DNA of 64,000 bases from assembly GCF_016903815.1 (NCBI RefSeq), contig NZ_CP069973.1; one strand, given 5' to 3'. Below are positions 23,534 through 34,830 of the stretch, in pieces. The notes under the pieces were generated by a model. That model saw only the letters and a program-made list of their open reading frames with translations. It was not told the origin of the DNA and ran no database searches. This DNA comes from Escherichia coli (lineage in GTDB: Bacteria; Pseudomonadota; Gammaproteobacteria; Enterobacterales; Enterobacteriaceae). Made by a program: the position numbers and the translations under genes. The number at the start of each line of letters is the position of its first letter. Position 1 is the first letter of the stretch.

Positions 23534-25201
23534 TTACTTCGCAATACGCTTGTACTTGATACGCTTCGGCTCCAGCGCGTCTGCGCCCAGCGTGCGTTTC
23601 TTGTACTCTTCGTACTCGGTAAAGTTACCTTCGAAGAACTCAACTTTACCTTCATCCTGGTAATCCAGGATGTGCGTGGCGATACGGTCGAGGAACCAAC
23701 GGTCGTGCGAGATAACCATCGCACAGCCCGGGAACTCCAGCAGGGCGTTTTCCAGCGCGCGCAGGGTTTCGATATCCAGGTCGTTGGTTGGTTCGTCGAG
23801 CAGCAGCATGTTGCCGCCAACTTGCAGCAGCTTCGCCAGATGCAGACGACCGCGCTCACCGCCGGAGAGTTCACCAACGCGTTTACCCTGATCAACCCCT
23901 TTAAAGTTAAAGCGGCCAACGTAGGCGCGGCTTGGCATCTCGGTGTTGCCGATTTTCATGATATCCAGCCCGCCGGAAACTTCTTCCCAAACGGTTTTGC
24001 TGTTATCCATTGAATCACGGAACTGATCAACCGATGCCAGTTTCACCGTTTCACCCAAAGTGATGGTGCCGCTGTCCGGCTGTTCCTGACCGGAGATCAT
24101 ACGGAACAGGGTCGATTTACCCGCACCGTTCGGACCGATGATCCCGACGATCGCCCCTTTCGGGATCGAGAAACTCAGATCATCAATCAGCAGACGATCG
24201 CCATAGGATTTACGCAGATTGCTGACTTCCAGCACTTTGTCGCCCAGACGCGGTCCAGGTGGAATAAACAGTTCGTTGGTTTCGTTACGTTTCTGATATT
24301 CGGTGCTGTTCAGCTCTTCAAAGCGTGCCAGACGTGCTTTACCTTTCGACTGACGGCCTTTAGTCCCCTGACGTACCCACTCCAGCTCTTTCTCGATCGA
24401 CTTACGACGCGCCGCTTCTTGTGAAGCTTCCTGCGCCAGGCGCTGATCTTTCTGCTCCAGCCAAGAGGAGTAGTTACCTTCCCACGGAATACCTTCACCG
24501 CGGTCCAGTTCGAGGATCCAGCCCGCCACGTTATCGAGGAAGTAACGGTCGTGGGTAATCGCCACAACGGTGCCTTCGAAGTCGTGCAGGAAGCGTTCCA
24601 GCCAGGCCACGGATTCGGCATCCAGGTGGTTGGTCGGTTCGTCGAGCAGCAGCATGTCTGGTTTTTCCAGCAGCAGGCGGCACAACGCTACGCGACGACG
24701 CTCACCACCGGAGAGGTTAGCGATTTTCGCGTCCCAGTCCGGCAGACGCAGCGCATCCGCCGCACGCTCCAGCTGAACGTTCAGGTTGTGACCGTCGTGA
24801 GCCTGAATGATCTCTTCCAGACGGCCTTGTTCAGCGGCCAGCTTGTCAAAATCGGCATCCGGATCGGCGTACAGCGCATACACTTCATCCAGGCGTTTCA
24901 GGGCGTTAACCACTTCAGAAACCGCTTCTTCAATGGACTCACGCACGGTGTGTTCCGGGTTCAGCTGCGGTTCCTGCGGCAGATAACCAATCTTGATATC
25001 CGGTTGCGGACGCGCTTCGCCTTCGATGTCTTTATCAATGCCCGCCATAATGCGCAGCAGGGTGGACTTACCCGCGCCGTTCAGACCCAGGACACCAATT
25101 TTTGCCCCAGGGAAGAAACTCAGAGAGATGTTTTTCAAAATATGACGTTTCGGCGGAACAACTTTGCCGACACGATGCATGGTATAAACGAATTGAGCCA
25201 C
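23534..25201 (-). CDS. ettA: energy-dependent translational throttle ABC-F ATPase EttA
   Basis: 555-aa ORF (MAQFVYTMHRVGKVVPPKRHILKNISLSFFPGAKIGVLGLNGAGKST...), two ABC cassettes. Confidence 0.95.
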   Translation of the reverse strand: MAQFVYTMHRVGKVVPPKRHILKNISLSFFPGAKIGVLGLNGAGKSTLLRIMAGIDKDIEGEARPQPDIKIGYLPQEPQLNPEHTVRESIEEAVSEVVNALKRLDEVYALYADPDADFDKLAAEQGRLEEIIQAHDGHNLNVQLERAADALRLPDWDAKIANLSGGERRRVALCRLLLEKPDMLLLDEPTNHLDAESVAWLERFLHDFEGTVVAITHDRYFLDNVAGWILELDRGEGIPWEGNYSSWLEQKDQRLAQEASQEAARRKSIEKELEWVRQGTKGRQSKGKARLARFEELNSTEYQKRNETNELFIPPGPRLGDKVLEVSNLRKSYGDRLLIDDLSFSIPKGAIVGIIGPNGAGKSTLFRMISGQEQPDSGTITLGETVKLASVDQFRDSMDNSKTVWEEVSGGLDIMKIGNTEMPSRAYVGRFNFKGVDQGKRVGELSGGERGRLHLAKLLQVGGNMLLLDEPTNDLDIETLRALENALLEFPGCAMVISHDRWFLDRIATHILDYQDEGKVEFFEGNFTEYEEYKKRTLGADALEPKRIKYKRIAK

Positions 25202-25411
25202 GTTGGACTTCGCCTCTATGTTTATCGTGATGATGAGTTTTCAAAGGCGAAGTGTAGCCTTTTTCCCCGCCTAATCCCAGCCGGTCGATCACCCTCGCAG
25301 TAAAAGTAAAAAAGTGTCCGTAACGTGGCGTAAACGGCAATGACTGGTTAGCATAAATCTATTACGCGGCATGACGCTGCATTGATGTATTTACACTTAG
25401 AGGATGCGCTT

Positions 25412-27349
25412 GTGGAAAAAGCCAAACAAGTTACCTGGCGGCTGTTGGCTGCCGGTGTCTGTCTGCTGACGGTCAGCAGCGTGGCGCGAGCCGACTCACT
25501 GGATGAGCAGCGTAGCCGCTACGCCCAAATCAAGCAGGCCTGGGATAATCGACAAATGGATGTGGTCGAACAAATGATGCCTGGACTGAAGGATTATCCG
25601 CTTTATCCCTACCTGGAATACCGTCAGATCACCGATGACCTGATGAATCAACCGGTGGTGACGGTCACTAACTTTGTTCGCGCTAACCCCACGCTTCCTC
25701 CCGCTCGCACGCTGCAATCTCGTTTCGTCAATGAACTGGCGCGGCGTGAAGACTGGCGTGGCTTGTTAGCCTTTAGCCCGGAAAAGCCCGGAACTACCGA
25801 AGCGCAATGTAATTACTACTATGCGAAATGGAACACCGGGCAGAGTGAAGAAGCCTGGCAAGGGGCGAAAGAGCTGTGGCTAACCGGCAAGAGCCAGCCT
25901 AACGCCTGTGACAAGTTATTTAGCGTCTGGCGTGCGTCAGGTAAACAAGATCCGCTGGCGTATTTAGAGCGTATCCGTCTGGCGATGAAAGCGGGTAACA
26001 CTGGCCTGGTAACAGTGCTGGCAGGGCAGATGCCTGCCGATTACCAGACTATCGCTTCGGCAATCATTTCACTGGCGAACAACCCTAATACGGTACTGAC
26101 CTTCGCGCGTACAACCGGAGCGACCGATTTTACCCGTCAAATGGCGGCGGTGGCGTTTGCCAGTGTGGCGCGGCAGGATGCTGAAAATGCACGGCTGATG
26201 ATCCCGTCGCTTGCCCAGGCGCAGCAGCTTAATGAAGATCAGATTCAGGAGCTGCGCGATATCGTCGCCTGGCGTTTGATGGGCAATGATGTCACCGATG
26301 AGCAGGCGAAATGGCGCGATGACGCCATTATGCGTTCGCAATCTACTTCGCTTATTGAACGGCGCGTGCGAATGGCGCTTGGCACCGGCGATCGTCGCGG
26401 CCTGAATACCTGGCTGGCGCGTTTGCCGATGGAGGCGAAAGAGAAAGATGAATGGCGTTACTGGCAGGCGGATTTACTGCTGGAACGCGGACGTGAAGCT
26501 GAAGCAAAAGAGATTTTGCATCAACTCATGCAACAGCGTGGTTTCTACCCGATGGTTGCAGCACAACGCATCGGCGAAGAGTATGAGCTGAAGATTGATA
26601 AAGCGCCGCAGAATGTTGACAGCGCCCTGATTCAGGGGCCGGAGATGGCGCGCGTGCGCGAGTTGATGTACTGGAATCTCGATAACACCGCGCGTAGCGA
26701 GTGGGCCAATCTGGTGAAGAGCAAGTCTAAAACAGAGCAAGCTCAACTGGCGCGGTATGCTTTCAACAACCAATGGTGGGATCTTAGCGTTCAGGCAACG
26801 ATCGCCGGGAAGCTGTGGGATCATCTGGAAGAACGATTCCCGCTGGCCTACAACGATCTTTTCAAACGTTACACCAGTGGGAAGGAGATCCCGCAAAGCT
26901 ATGCGATGGCGATTGCCCGTCAGGAGAGTGCCTGGAATCCGAAAGTGAAATCGCCGGTAGGGGCCAGCGGCCTGATGCAGATTATGCCGGGCACGGCGAC
27001 CCATACGGTGAAGATGTTCTCTATTCCTGGTTATAGCAGCCCAGGACAATTGCTGGATCCGGAAACGAACATCAACATTGGCACCAGTTACCTGCAATAT
27101 GTTTATCAGCAGTTTGGTAATAACCGTATTTTCTCCTCAGCAGCTTATAACGCCGGACCAGGGCGGGTGCGAACCTGGCTTGGCAACAGCGCCGGGCGTA
27201 TCGACGCAGTGGCATTTGTCGAGAGTATTCCGTTCTCCGAGACGCGCGGTTATGTGAAGAACGTGCTGGCTTATGACGCTTACTACCGCTATTTCATGGG
27301 GGATAAACCGACATTGATGAGCGCCACGGAATGGGGACGTCGTTACTGA
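25412..27349 (+). CDS. slt: soluble lytic murein transglycosylase
   Basis: ORF 25382..27349; GTG 25412 gives the 645-aa product; alternative starts TTG 25382 / ATG 25385. Confidence 0.9.
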   Translation: MEKAKQVTWRLLAAGVCLLTVSSVARADSLDEQRSRYAQIKQAWDNRQMDVVEQMMPGLKDYPLYPYLEYRQITDDLMNQPVVTVTNFVRANPTLPPARTLQSRFVNELARREDWRGLLAFSPEKPGTTEAQCNYYYAKWNTGQSEEAWQGAKELWLTGKSQPNACDKLFSVWRASGKQDPLAYLERIRLAMKAGNTGLVTVLAGQMPADYQTIASAIISLANNPNTVLTFARTTGATDFTRQMAAVAFASVARQDAENARLMIPSLAQAQQLNEDQIQELRDIVAWRLMGNDVTDEQAKWRDDAIMRSQSTSLIERRVRMALGTGDRRGLNTWLARLPMEAKEKDEWRYWQADLLLERGREAEAKEILHQLMQQRGFYPMVAAQRIGEEYELKIDKAPQNVDSALIQGPEMARVRELMYWNLDNTARSEWANLVKSKSKTEQAQLARYAFNNQWWDLSVQATIAGKLWDHLEERFPLAYNDLFKRYTSGKEIPQSYAMAIARQESAWNPKVKSPVGASGLMQIMPGTATHTVKMFSIPGYSSPGQLLDPETNINIGTSYLQYVYQQFGNNRIFSSAAYNAGPGRVRTWLGNSAGRIDAVAFVESIPFSETRGYVKNVLAYDAYYRYFMGDKPTLMSATEWGRRY

Positions 27350-27373
27350 TCCGCACGTTTATGATATGCTATC

Positions 27374-27391
27374 GTACTCTTTAGCGAGTAC
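27374..27391. promoter_or_regulatory. Trp-repressor operator (GTACTCTTTAGCGAGTAC) in the trpR promoter
   Basis: palindrome with GTAC ends about 50 bp upstream of the trpR start. Confidence 0.6.
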
Positions 27392-27423
27392 AACCGGGGG
27401 AGGCATTTTGCTTCCCCCGCTAA

Positions 27424-28286
<863 letters not shown>

Positions 28287-28325
28287 TCAGAAAATTAACG
28301 TTACAGCAGTATACGGAAAAAAAGC

Positions 28326-28973
28326 ATGTTACAGGTATACCTAGTCCGCCACGGTGAAACGCAGTGGAACGCCGAGCGACGTATTCAGGGCCAGTCTGAC
28401 AGCCCGCTGACCGCCAAAGGTGAGCAACAGGCGATGCAGGTGGCAACCCGTGCCAAAGAGCTTGGCATTACGCATATCATCAGTAGCGATTTAGGACGCA
28501 CCCGGCGTACGGCGGAAATCATCGCCCAGGCCTGCGGCTGTGACATCATCTTTGATTCTCGCCTGCGTGAATTAAACATGGGTGTGCTGGAAAAAAGACA
28601 TATCGATTCTCTGACCGAAGAAGAAGAGAACTGGCGTCGGCAGCTGGTCAATGGCACCGTTGACGGGCGTATTCCTGAAGGCGAGTCAATGCAGGAGCTC
28701 AGCGATCGCGTCAATGCGGCACTGGAATCTTGCCGGGACTTACCGCAGGGAAGCCGACCGCTGCTGGTGAGCCACGGTATTGCACTGGGATGCCTGGTGA
28801 GTACGATTCTCGGATTACCAGCATGGGCAGAGCGTCGCTTACGTCTGCGTAACTGTTCTATTTCGCGCGTGGATTATCAGGAAAGCCTGTGGCTGGCGTC
28901 TGGTTGGGGCGTTGAAACCGCAGGGGACATCTCGCATCTGGACGCCCCTGCATTAGATGAGCTGCAGCGTTAA
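28326..28973 (+). CDS. gpmB: probable phosphoglycerate mutase GpmB (histidine phosphatase family)
   Basis: 215-aa ORF with RHGETQWN motif. Confidence 0.92.
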   Translation: MLQVYLVRHGETQWNAERRIQGQSDSPLTAKGEQQAMQVATRAKELGITHIISSDLGRTRRTAEIIAQACGCDIIFDSRLRELNMGVLEKRHIDSLTEEEENWRRQLVNGTVDGRIPEGESMQELSDRVNAALESCRDLPQGSRPLLVSHGIALGCLVSTILGLPAWAERRLRLRNCSISRVDYQESLWLASGWGVETAGDISHLDAPALDELQR

Positions 28974-29839
28974 CGACGGATCGGAATCAGCAGTTCACAG
29001 CGCAGATTAATTGGGCGATCTCCCGCTTTGGCATCTTCTGCCGGGTAGTATCGCTCAATATCCTGACCTTTACGGCGCGTCAGGTTGAGCATTGGCATAC
29101 ACGTTCCGTATACCGTCAGGATAAACTCCTGCACGCCGGTTCCCAGACCTTCATAGGTAAACATCACATATTCGCCGCCCTGCAGCATCACCGGATGCCC
29201 CGTCAGTACATAGCCATCTGCCTGATCCTGGGCTAACGCGGTGGTATAGAATACTTCTTGTTCGTCGTCTTTATCCTGACTCGGACGCGTTTCATTCAGG
29301 CCGTAGAGCACCGGCGGAATGGTCGGCGCGTTGCCGAGAAAATCGTGCCAGAACTGATAACGCATTTCATGGCGGAAATCAGAGATTTGCTCCAGCGAAC
29401 AGGAGTAGCTCTGGGTAACACCAATCAGCGGCGTATCTTCCAGGGTGACAAATTTGTGCTCTGGCATAGTGAATTCACCCAGACGTAGCGGCGGGCGAAT
29501 ACCAAAGGCGCTCCATTCAGGAGAACGGCGGTAAAGTGCAGGAGTCTGGGCAAACTGCTTCTTGAATGCGCGGGTAAATGTCTGTTGAGAGTCGAAGCGG
29601 TATTGCAGCGCGATGTCCAGAATCGGACGCGCAGTCAGGCGTAGTGCGACCGCCGATTTCGACAAACGACGAGCACGAATATACGCGCCAATAGCATGGC
29701 CAGTGACATCTTTAAACATTCTCTGTAAGTGCCACTTGGAATAACCTGCTTTCGCCGCTACATTGTCGAGCGACAGGGGCTGATCCAGATGACCTTCCAG
29801 CCAGATTAAAAGGTCGCGAATAATGCCGGCCTGATCCAT
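28970..29839 (-). CDS. rob: AraC-family transcriptional activator Rob
   Basis: 289-aa ORF, MDQAGIIRDLLIWLEGHLDQPLSLDNVAAKAGYSKWHLQRMFK... Confidence 0.95.
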   Translation of the reverse strand: MDQAGIIRDLLIWLEGHLDQPLSLDNVAAKAGYSKWHLQRMFKDVTGHAIGAYIRARRLSKSAVALRLTARPILDIALQYRFDSQQTFTRAFKKQFAQTPALYRRSPEWSAFGIRPPLRLGEFTMPEHKFVTLEDTPLIGVTQSYSCSLEQISDFRHEMRYQFWHDFLGNAPTIPPVLYGLNETRPSQDKDDEQEVFYTTALAQDQADGYVLTGHPVMLQGGEYVMFTYEGLGTGVQEFILTVYGTCMPMLNLTRRKGQDIERYYPAEDAKAGDRPINLRCELLIPIRR

Positions 29840-30049
29840 AAAATATCCTCATCCTTTCAACAACGAGCACCTGACATCAGGTAATTGGATAATAGCATTT
29901 TTTGCTGTTTTAGCATTCAGTGTTTTTTTCTTAGTAGAGTATGTTTTAGGACTTGACGGAAATAAAAGTATTGAGATTTTGTTCTTAATCAATATGTTAT
30001 TTACCGTGACGAACTAATTGCTCGTGTAATAGATAAAAATGGTAACAAT

Positions 30050-30523
30050 ATGAAATACAAGCATTTGATCCTGTCTTTAAGCCTGATAATGCTGGGGCCA
30101 TTGGCTCATGCAGAAGAGATTGGTTCGGTCGACACCGTATTTAAAATGATCGGCCCGGATCACAAAATTGTTGTGGAAGCCTTTGACGATCCCGATGTGA
30201 AAAATGTCACCTGTTATGTGAGCCGGGCGAAAACCGGTGGTATTAAAGGGGGATTGGGCCTGGCAGAAGATACCTCCGATGCGGCCATTTCTTGTCAGCA
30301 AGTCGGGCCGATTGAACTGTCGGATCGTATTAAAAACGGCAAAGCTCAGGGCGAGGTAGTATTCAAAAAACGCACGTCCCTGGTCTTTAAGTCGTTACAG
30401 GTCGTGCGCTTTTATGATGCCAAACGCAACGCGCTCGCTTATCTGGCTTACTCCGACAAAGTTGTAGAAGGTTCGCCGAAAAACGCGATTAGCGCGGTTC
30501 CTGTCATGCCGTGGCGGCAATAA
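30050..30523 (+). CDS. creA: CreA family periplasmic protein
   Basis: 157-aa ORF with signal peptide; precedes creBCD. Confidence 0.9.
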
Positions 30524-30535
30524 CAGAGGCGATTT

Positions 30536-31225
30536 ATGCAACGGGAAACGGTCTGGTTAGTGGAAGATGAGCAAGGGATAGCCGACACGCTGGTCTACAT
30601 GTTGCAGCAGGAAGGTTTTGCCGTCGAGGTCTTTGAGCGAGGCTTGCCGGTGCTGGATAAAGCTCGCCAGCAGGTACCCGACGTCATGATTCTCGATGTT
30701 GGTCTGCCGGATATTAGCGGCTTTGAATTGTGCCGCCAGTTACTGGCGCTCCATCCGGCGTTACCTGTACTGTTCCTGACGGCCCGAAGTGAAGAGGTCG
30801 ATCGCCTGCTTGGGCTGGAAATTGGCGCTGACGACTATGTGGCTAAACCGTTTTCACCCCGCGAAGTGTGCGCCAGGGTGCGCACCTTACTGCGTCGGGT
30901 GAAGAAGTTCTCGACGCCGTCTCCCGTCATCCGTATTGGACATTTTGAATTGAATGAACCCGCGGCGCAGATCAGCTGGTTTGACACGCCATTAACGCTG
31001 ACGCGGTATGAGTTTTTATTGCTGAAGACGTTACTCAAGTCGCCAGGCCGCGTCTGGTCCCGCCAGCAACTGATGGATAGCGTGTGGGAAGATGCGCAGG
31101 ACACATACGATCGCACCGTCGATACCCACATTAAAACGTTGCGTGCCAAGCTGCGCGCCATCAACCCCGATCTTTCACCGATTAATACTCATCGCGGCAT
31201 GGGATATAGCCTGAGGGGCCTGTAA
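30536..31225 (+). CDS. creB: two-component response regulator CreB
   Basis: 229 aa, receiver plus OmpR-type winged helix. Confidence 0.93.
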   Translation: MQRETVWLVEDEQGIADTLVYMLQQEGFAVEVFERGLPVLDKARQQVPDVMILDVGLPDISGFELCRQLLALHPALPVLFLTARSEEVDRLLGLEIGADDYVAKPFSPREVCARVRTLLRRVKKFSTPSPVIRIGHFELNEPAAQISWFDTPLTLTRYEFLLLKTLLKSPGRVWSRQQLMDSVWEDAQDTYDRTVDTHIKTLRAKLRAINPDLSPINTHRGMGYSLRGL

Positions 31226-32649
31226 TGCGTATCGGCATGCGGTTGCTGCTGGGCTATTTTTTACTGGTGGCGGTGGCAGCCTGGTTCGTACTGGCCATTT
31301 TTGTCAAAGAAGTTAAACCGGGCGTGCGAAGAGCAACGGAGGGGACGTTGATCGACACCGCAACGTTGCTGGCAGAGCTGGCGCGTCCCGATTTGCTCTC
31401 TGGGGACCCAACGCATGGGCAACTGGCGCAGGCGTTTAATCAGCTACAGCATCGCCCGTTTCGCGCCAATATCGGTGGCATTAACAAAGTGCGCAATGAA
31501 TATCATGTCTATATGACCGATGCGCAGGGCAAAGTATTGTTCGATTCGGCAAATAAAGCCGTTGGACAGGATTATTCGCGCTGGAATGACGTCTGGCTAA
31601 CGTTGCGTGGTCAGTATGGTGCGCGCAGCACGTTGCAAAATCCTGCCGATCCCGAAAGTTCTGTGATGTATGTTGCCGCGCCGATTATGGACGGCTCGCG
31701 GCTTATTGGCGTTTTGAGCGTAGGCAAACCGAACGCGGCGATGGCTCCGGTCATTAAGCGCAGCGAGCGGCGAATTTTATGGGCCAGCGCCATTTTGTTG
31801 GGGATTGCACTGGTGATTGGCGCAGGCATGGTTTGGTGGATCAACCGCTCCATTGCCCGGCTCACTCGCTATGCTGATTCCGTCACTGACAATAAGCCCG
31901 TTCCTCTTCCTGAACTCGGCAGTAGCGAACTGCGTAAGCTTGCGCAGGCGCTGGAAAGTATGCGCGTGAAGCTGGAGGGGAAAAACTATATTGAGCAATA
32001 TATTTATGCGTTAACTCATGAGCTAAAAAGCCCACTGGCGGCGATTCGTGGCGCGGCGGAAATTTTACGCGAAGGTCCGCCGCCTGAAGTAGTGGCTCGT
32101 TTTACTGACAACATTCTGACACAAAATGCGCGTATGCAGGCATTGGTAGAAACGTTACTACGCCAGGCAAGACTGGAGAATCGTCAGGAAGTCGTTCTGA
32201 CTGCTGTTGATGTGGCGGCATTATTCCGCCGCGTCAGCGAAGCGCGCACCGTGCAGTTGGCAGAAAAAAAAATCACTCTGCATGTTACGCCCACCGAGGT
32301 TAACGTTGCTGCTGAACCGGCGTTACTGGAGCAGGCTCTGGGGAATTTACTGGATAACGCCATCGATTTTACCCCCGAGAGCGGTTGCATCACGCTAAGC
32401 GCCGAAGTGGAGCAGGAACACGTCACGCTTAAGGTGCTGGATACCGGTAGTGGTATTCCTGACTACGCGCTTTCACGTATTTTTGAACGCTTTTACTCTT
32501 TGCCTCGTGCAAATGGGCAAAAAAGCAGCGGTCTGGGGTTGGCGTTCGTCAGTGAGGTCGCCCGTTTGTTTAACGGCGAAGTCACGCTGCGCAACGTGCA
32601 GGAAGGTGGCGTGCTGGCTTCGCTTCGACTTCACCGTCACTTCACATAG
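31225..32649 (+). CDS. creC: sensor histidine kinase CreC
   Basis: 474 aa; two transmembrane segments; H-box LTHELKSPLAAIRG. Confidence 0.93.
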   Translation: MRIGMRLLLGYFLLVAVAAWFVLAIFVKEVKPGVRRATEGTLIDTATLLAELARPDLLSGDPTHGQLAQAFNQLQHRPFRANIGGINKVRNEYHVYMTDAQGKVLFDSANKAVGQDYSRWNDVWLTLRGQYGARSTLQNPADPESSVMYVAAPIMDGSRLIGVLSVGKPNAAMAPVIKRSERRILWASAILLGIALVIGAGMVWWINRSIARLTRYADSVTDNKPVPLPELGSSELRKLAQALESMRVKLEGKNYIEQYIYALTHELKSPLAAIRGAAEILREGPPPEVVARFTDNILTQNARMQALVETLLRQARLENRQEVVLTAVDVAALFRRVSEARTVQLAEKKITLHVTPTEVNVAAEPALLEQALGNLLDNAIDFTPESGCITLSAEVEQEHVTLKVLDTGSGIPDYALSRIFERFYSLPRANGQKSSGLGLAFVSEVARLFNGEVTLRNVQEGGVLASLRLHRHFT

Positions 32650-32706
32650 CTTCAAATTCTTCCCACATAGCCTTCGTATCCTGCTGCCATTGCAAAGGAG
32701 AAGACT

Positions 32707-34059
32707 ATGTTGAAATCCCCCCTGTTCTGGAAAATGACCACCCTGTTTGGTGCAGTATTGCTGTTGTTGATTCCGATAATGCTGATTCGGCAGGTGATTG
32801 TCGAACGTGCTGATTACCGTAGCGATGTGGAAGATGCGATTCGCCAAAGTACCAGCGGGCCGCAAAAACTCGTTGGGCCGCTCATCGCTATTCCTGTGAC
32901 CGAGCTTTATACGGTGCAGGAAGAGGATAAAACCGTGGAGCGGAAACGAAGTTTTATCCATTTTTGGTTACCTGAGTCATTGATGGTTGATGGCAATCAG
33001 AACGTGGAAGAACGCAAGATAGGGATTTATACCGGTCAGGTCTGGCACAGTGATTTAACGCTAAAAGCCGATTTCGATGTTTCGCGTCTTAGCGAACTCA
33101 ACGCGCCAAATATCACCTTAGGCAAGCCATTTATTGTGATTAGCGTCGGGGATGCGCGTGGTATTGGTGTGGTGAAAGCGCCTGAAGTTAACGGAACGGC
33201 GCTGACCATTGAACCCGGCACCGGGTTAGAGCAAGGCGGGCAGGGCGTGCATATCCCTTTACCCGAAGGGGACTGGCGCAAGCAGAACCTGAAGCTGGAT
33301 ATGGCACTGAATTTAAGCGGTACCGGCGATCTTTCTGTGGTGCCTGCCGGGCGTAATAGCGAAATGACCTTAACCAGCAACTGGCCGCATCCCAGTTTTT
33401 TAGGTGATTTTCTACCAGCCAAACGGGAAGTTAGCGAGTCAGGTTTTCAGGCGCAATGGCAAAGCAGCTGGTTTGCTAATAATCTCGGTGAGCGTTTTGC
33501 TTCAGGCAATGATACCGGCTGGGAAAACTTCCCCGCGTTTAGCGTCGCAGTGACGACGCCAGCCGATCAATACCAATTAACGGACCGGGCGACTAAGTAC
33601 GCCATTCTGCTGATTGCACTGACTTTTATGGCGTTCTTTGTTTTTGAAACGCTCACCGCGCAACGTTTACACCCAATGCAATATTTGCTGGTGGGGCTTT
33701 CATTGGTGATGTTTTATTTGCTCTTGCTGGCGCTTTCTGAACATATCGGTTTTACCGTGGCATGGATAATAGCCAGTCTGATTGGGGCGTTAATGAACGG
33801 TATTTATTTGCAGGCGGTATTGAAAGGCTGGCGCAATAGCATGTTGTTTACCCTCGCGCTGTTGTTGCTGGATGGTGTGATGTGGGGACTGCTCAACTCT
33901 GCCGATAGCGCGCTGTTGTTGGGAACCAGTGTGCTGGTGGTGGCGCTGGCCGGCATGATGTTTGTGACCCGTAATATCGACTGGTATGCGTTTTCACTGC
34001 CGAAAATGAAAGCCAGTAAAGAAGTTACAACGGACGATGAATTACGTATCTGGAAATAA
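32707..34059 (+). CDS. creD: inner-membrane protein CreD
   Basis: 450-aa ORF, multi-pass membrane protein. Confidence 0.92.
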   Translation: MLKSPLFWKMTTLFGAVLLLLIPIMLIRQVIVERADYRSDVEDAIRQSTSGPQKLVGPLIAIPVTELYTVQEEDKTVERKRSFIHFWLPESLMVDGNQNVEERKIGIYTGQVWHSDLTLKADFDVSRLSELNAPNITLGKPFIVISVGDARGIGVVKAPEVNGTALTIEPGTGLEQGGQGVHIPLPEGDWRKQNLKLDMALNLSGTGDLSVVPAGRNSEMTLTSNWPHPSFLGDFLPAKREVSESGFQAQWQSSWFANNLGERFASGNDTGWENFPAFSVAVTTPADQYQLTDRATKYAILLIALTFMAFFVFETLTAQRLHPMQYLLVGLSLVMFYLLLLALSEHIGFTVAWIIASLIGALMNGIYLQAVLKGWRNSMLFTLALLLLDGVMWGLLNSADSALLLGTSVLVVALAGMMFVTRNIDWYAFSLPKMKASKEVTTDDELRIWK

Positions 34060-34070
34060 GGTTGAAAAAT

Positions 34071-34097
34071 AAAAACGGCGCTAAAAAGCGCCGTTTT
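34071..34097 (+). terminator. rho-independent terminator after creD
   Basis: AAAAACGGCGCTAAAAAGCGCCGTTTTTTTT. Confidence 0.8.
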
Positions 34098-34104
34098 TTT
34101 TGTG

Positions 34105-34800
34105 CACAGAAAACCCCCAGCTAGGCTGGGGGTTCCGGAAAGCTTTCAGCTTTGAGCCAGTTATTAAAACCCCTTTTGATTTGTTAAAACACCTTGCGGT
34201 CTGGCAACTGCAAGTGTCAAACAAGAAATCAAAAGGGGGTCCCAATGGGGAACGAAAAGAGCTTAGCGCACACCCGATGGAACTGTAAATATCACATAGT
34301 TTTTGCGCCAAAATACCGAAGACAGGTGTTCTACAGAGAGAAGCGTAGAGCAATAGGCAGTATTTTGAGAAAGCTGTGTGAGTGGAAAAGCGTACGGATT
34401 CTGGAAGCTGAATGCTGTGCAGATCATATCCATATGCTTGTGGAGATCCCGCCCAAAATGAGCGTATCCGGGTTTATGGGATATCTGAAAGGGAAAAGCA
34501 GTCTGATGCTTTACGAGCAGTTTGGTGATTTGAAATTCAAATACAGGAACAGGGAGTTCTGGTGCAGAGGGTACTACGTCGATACAGTGGGTAAGAACAC
34601 GGCGAAGATACAGGATTACATAAAGCACCAGCTTGAAGAGGATAAAATGGGAGAGCAGTTATCGATTCCCTATCCGGGCAGCCCGTTTACGGGCCGTAAG
34701 TAACGAAGTTGGATGCAAATGTCAGATCGTGTGCGCCTGTTAGGGCGCGGCTGGTAAGAGAGCCTTATAGGCGCATTTGAAAAACCTCCGGCTATGCCGG
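34105..34800 (+). mobile_element. IS200-like element (IS200/IS605 family); ends approximate
   Basis: 152-aa Y1 tnpA preceded by a perfect terminal hairpin (CCCCCAGC-TAG-GCTGGGGG, 34114..34132) and a 13-bp stem (34170..34182 with 34227..34239) that sequesters the RBS. Confidence 0.6.
34245..34703 (+). CDS. tnpA: IS200-family transposase TnpA (HUH / Y1)
   Basis: 152 aa from ATG 34245 (MGNEKSLAHTRWNCKYHIVFAPKYRR...), near-identical to remembered Salmonella IS200 TnpA; HxH motif HIHMLVEIPP. Confidence 0.9.
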   Translation: MGNEKSLAHTRWNCKYHIVFAPKYRRQVFYREKRRAIGSILRKLCEWKSVRILEAECCADHIHMLVEIPPKMSVSGFMGYLKGKSSLMLYEQFGDLKFKYRNREFWCRGYYVDTVGKNTAKIQDYIKHQLEEDKMGEQLSIPYPGSPFTGRK

Positions 34801-34830
34801 AGGATATTTATTTGACGGTGGTAAAGCCGA

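Noticed and set aside
23527-25303. Several plus-strand ORFs (73 to 250 aa) within ettA
   Set aside because: All are antisense to the conserved ABC-F gene ettA and have Arg/Gln/Val-rich shadow-frame composition.
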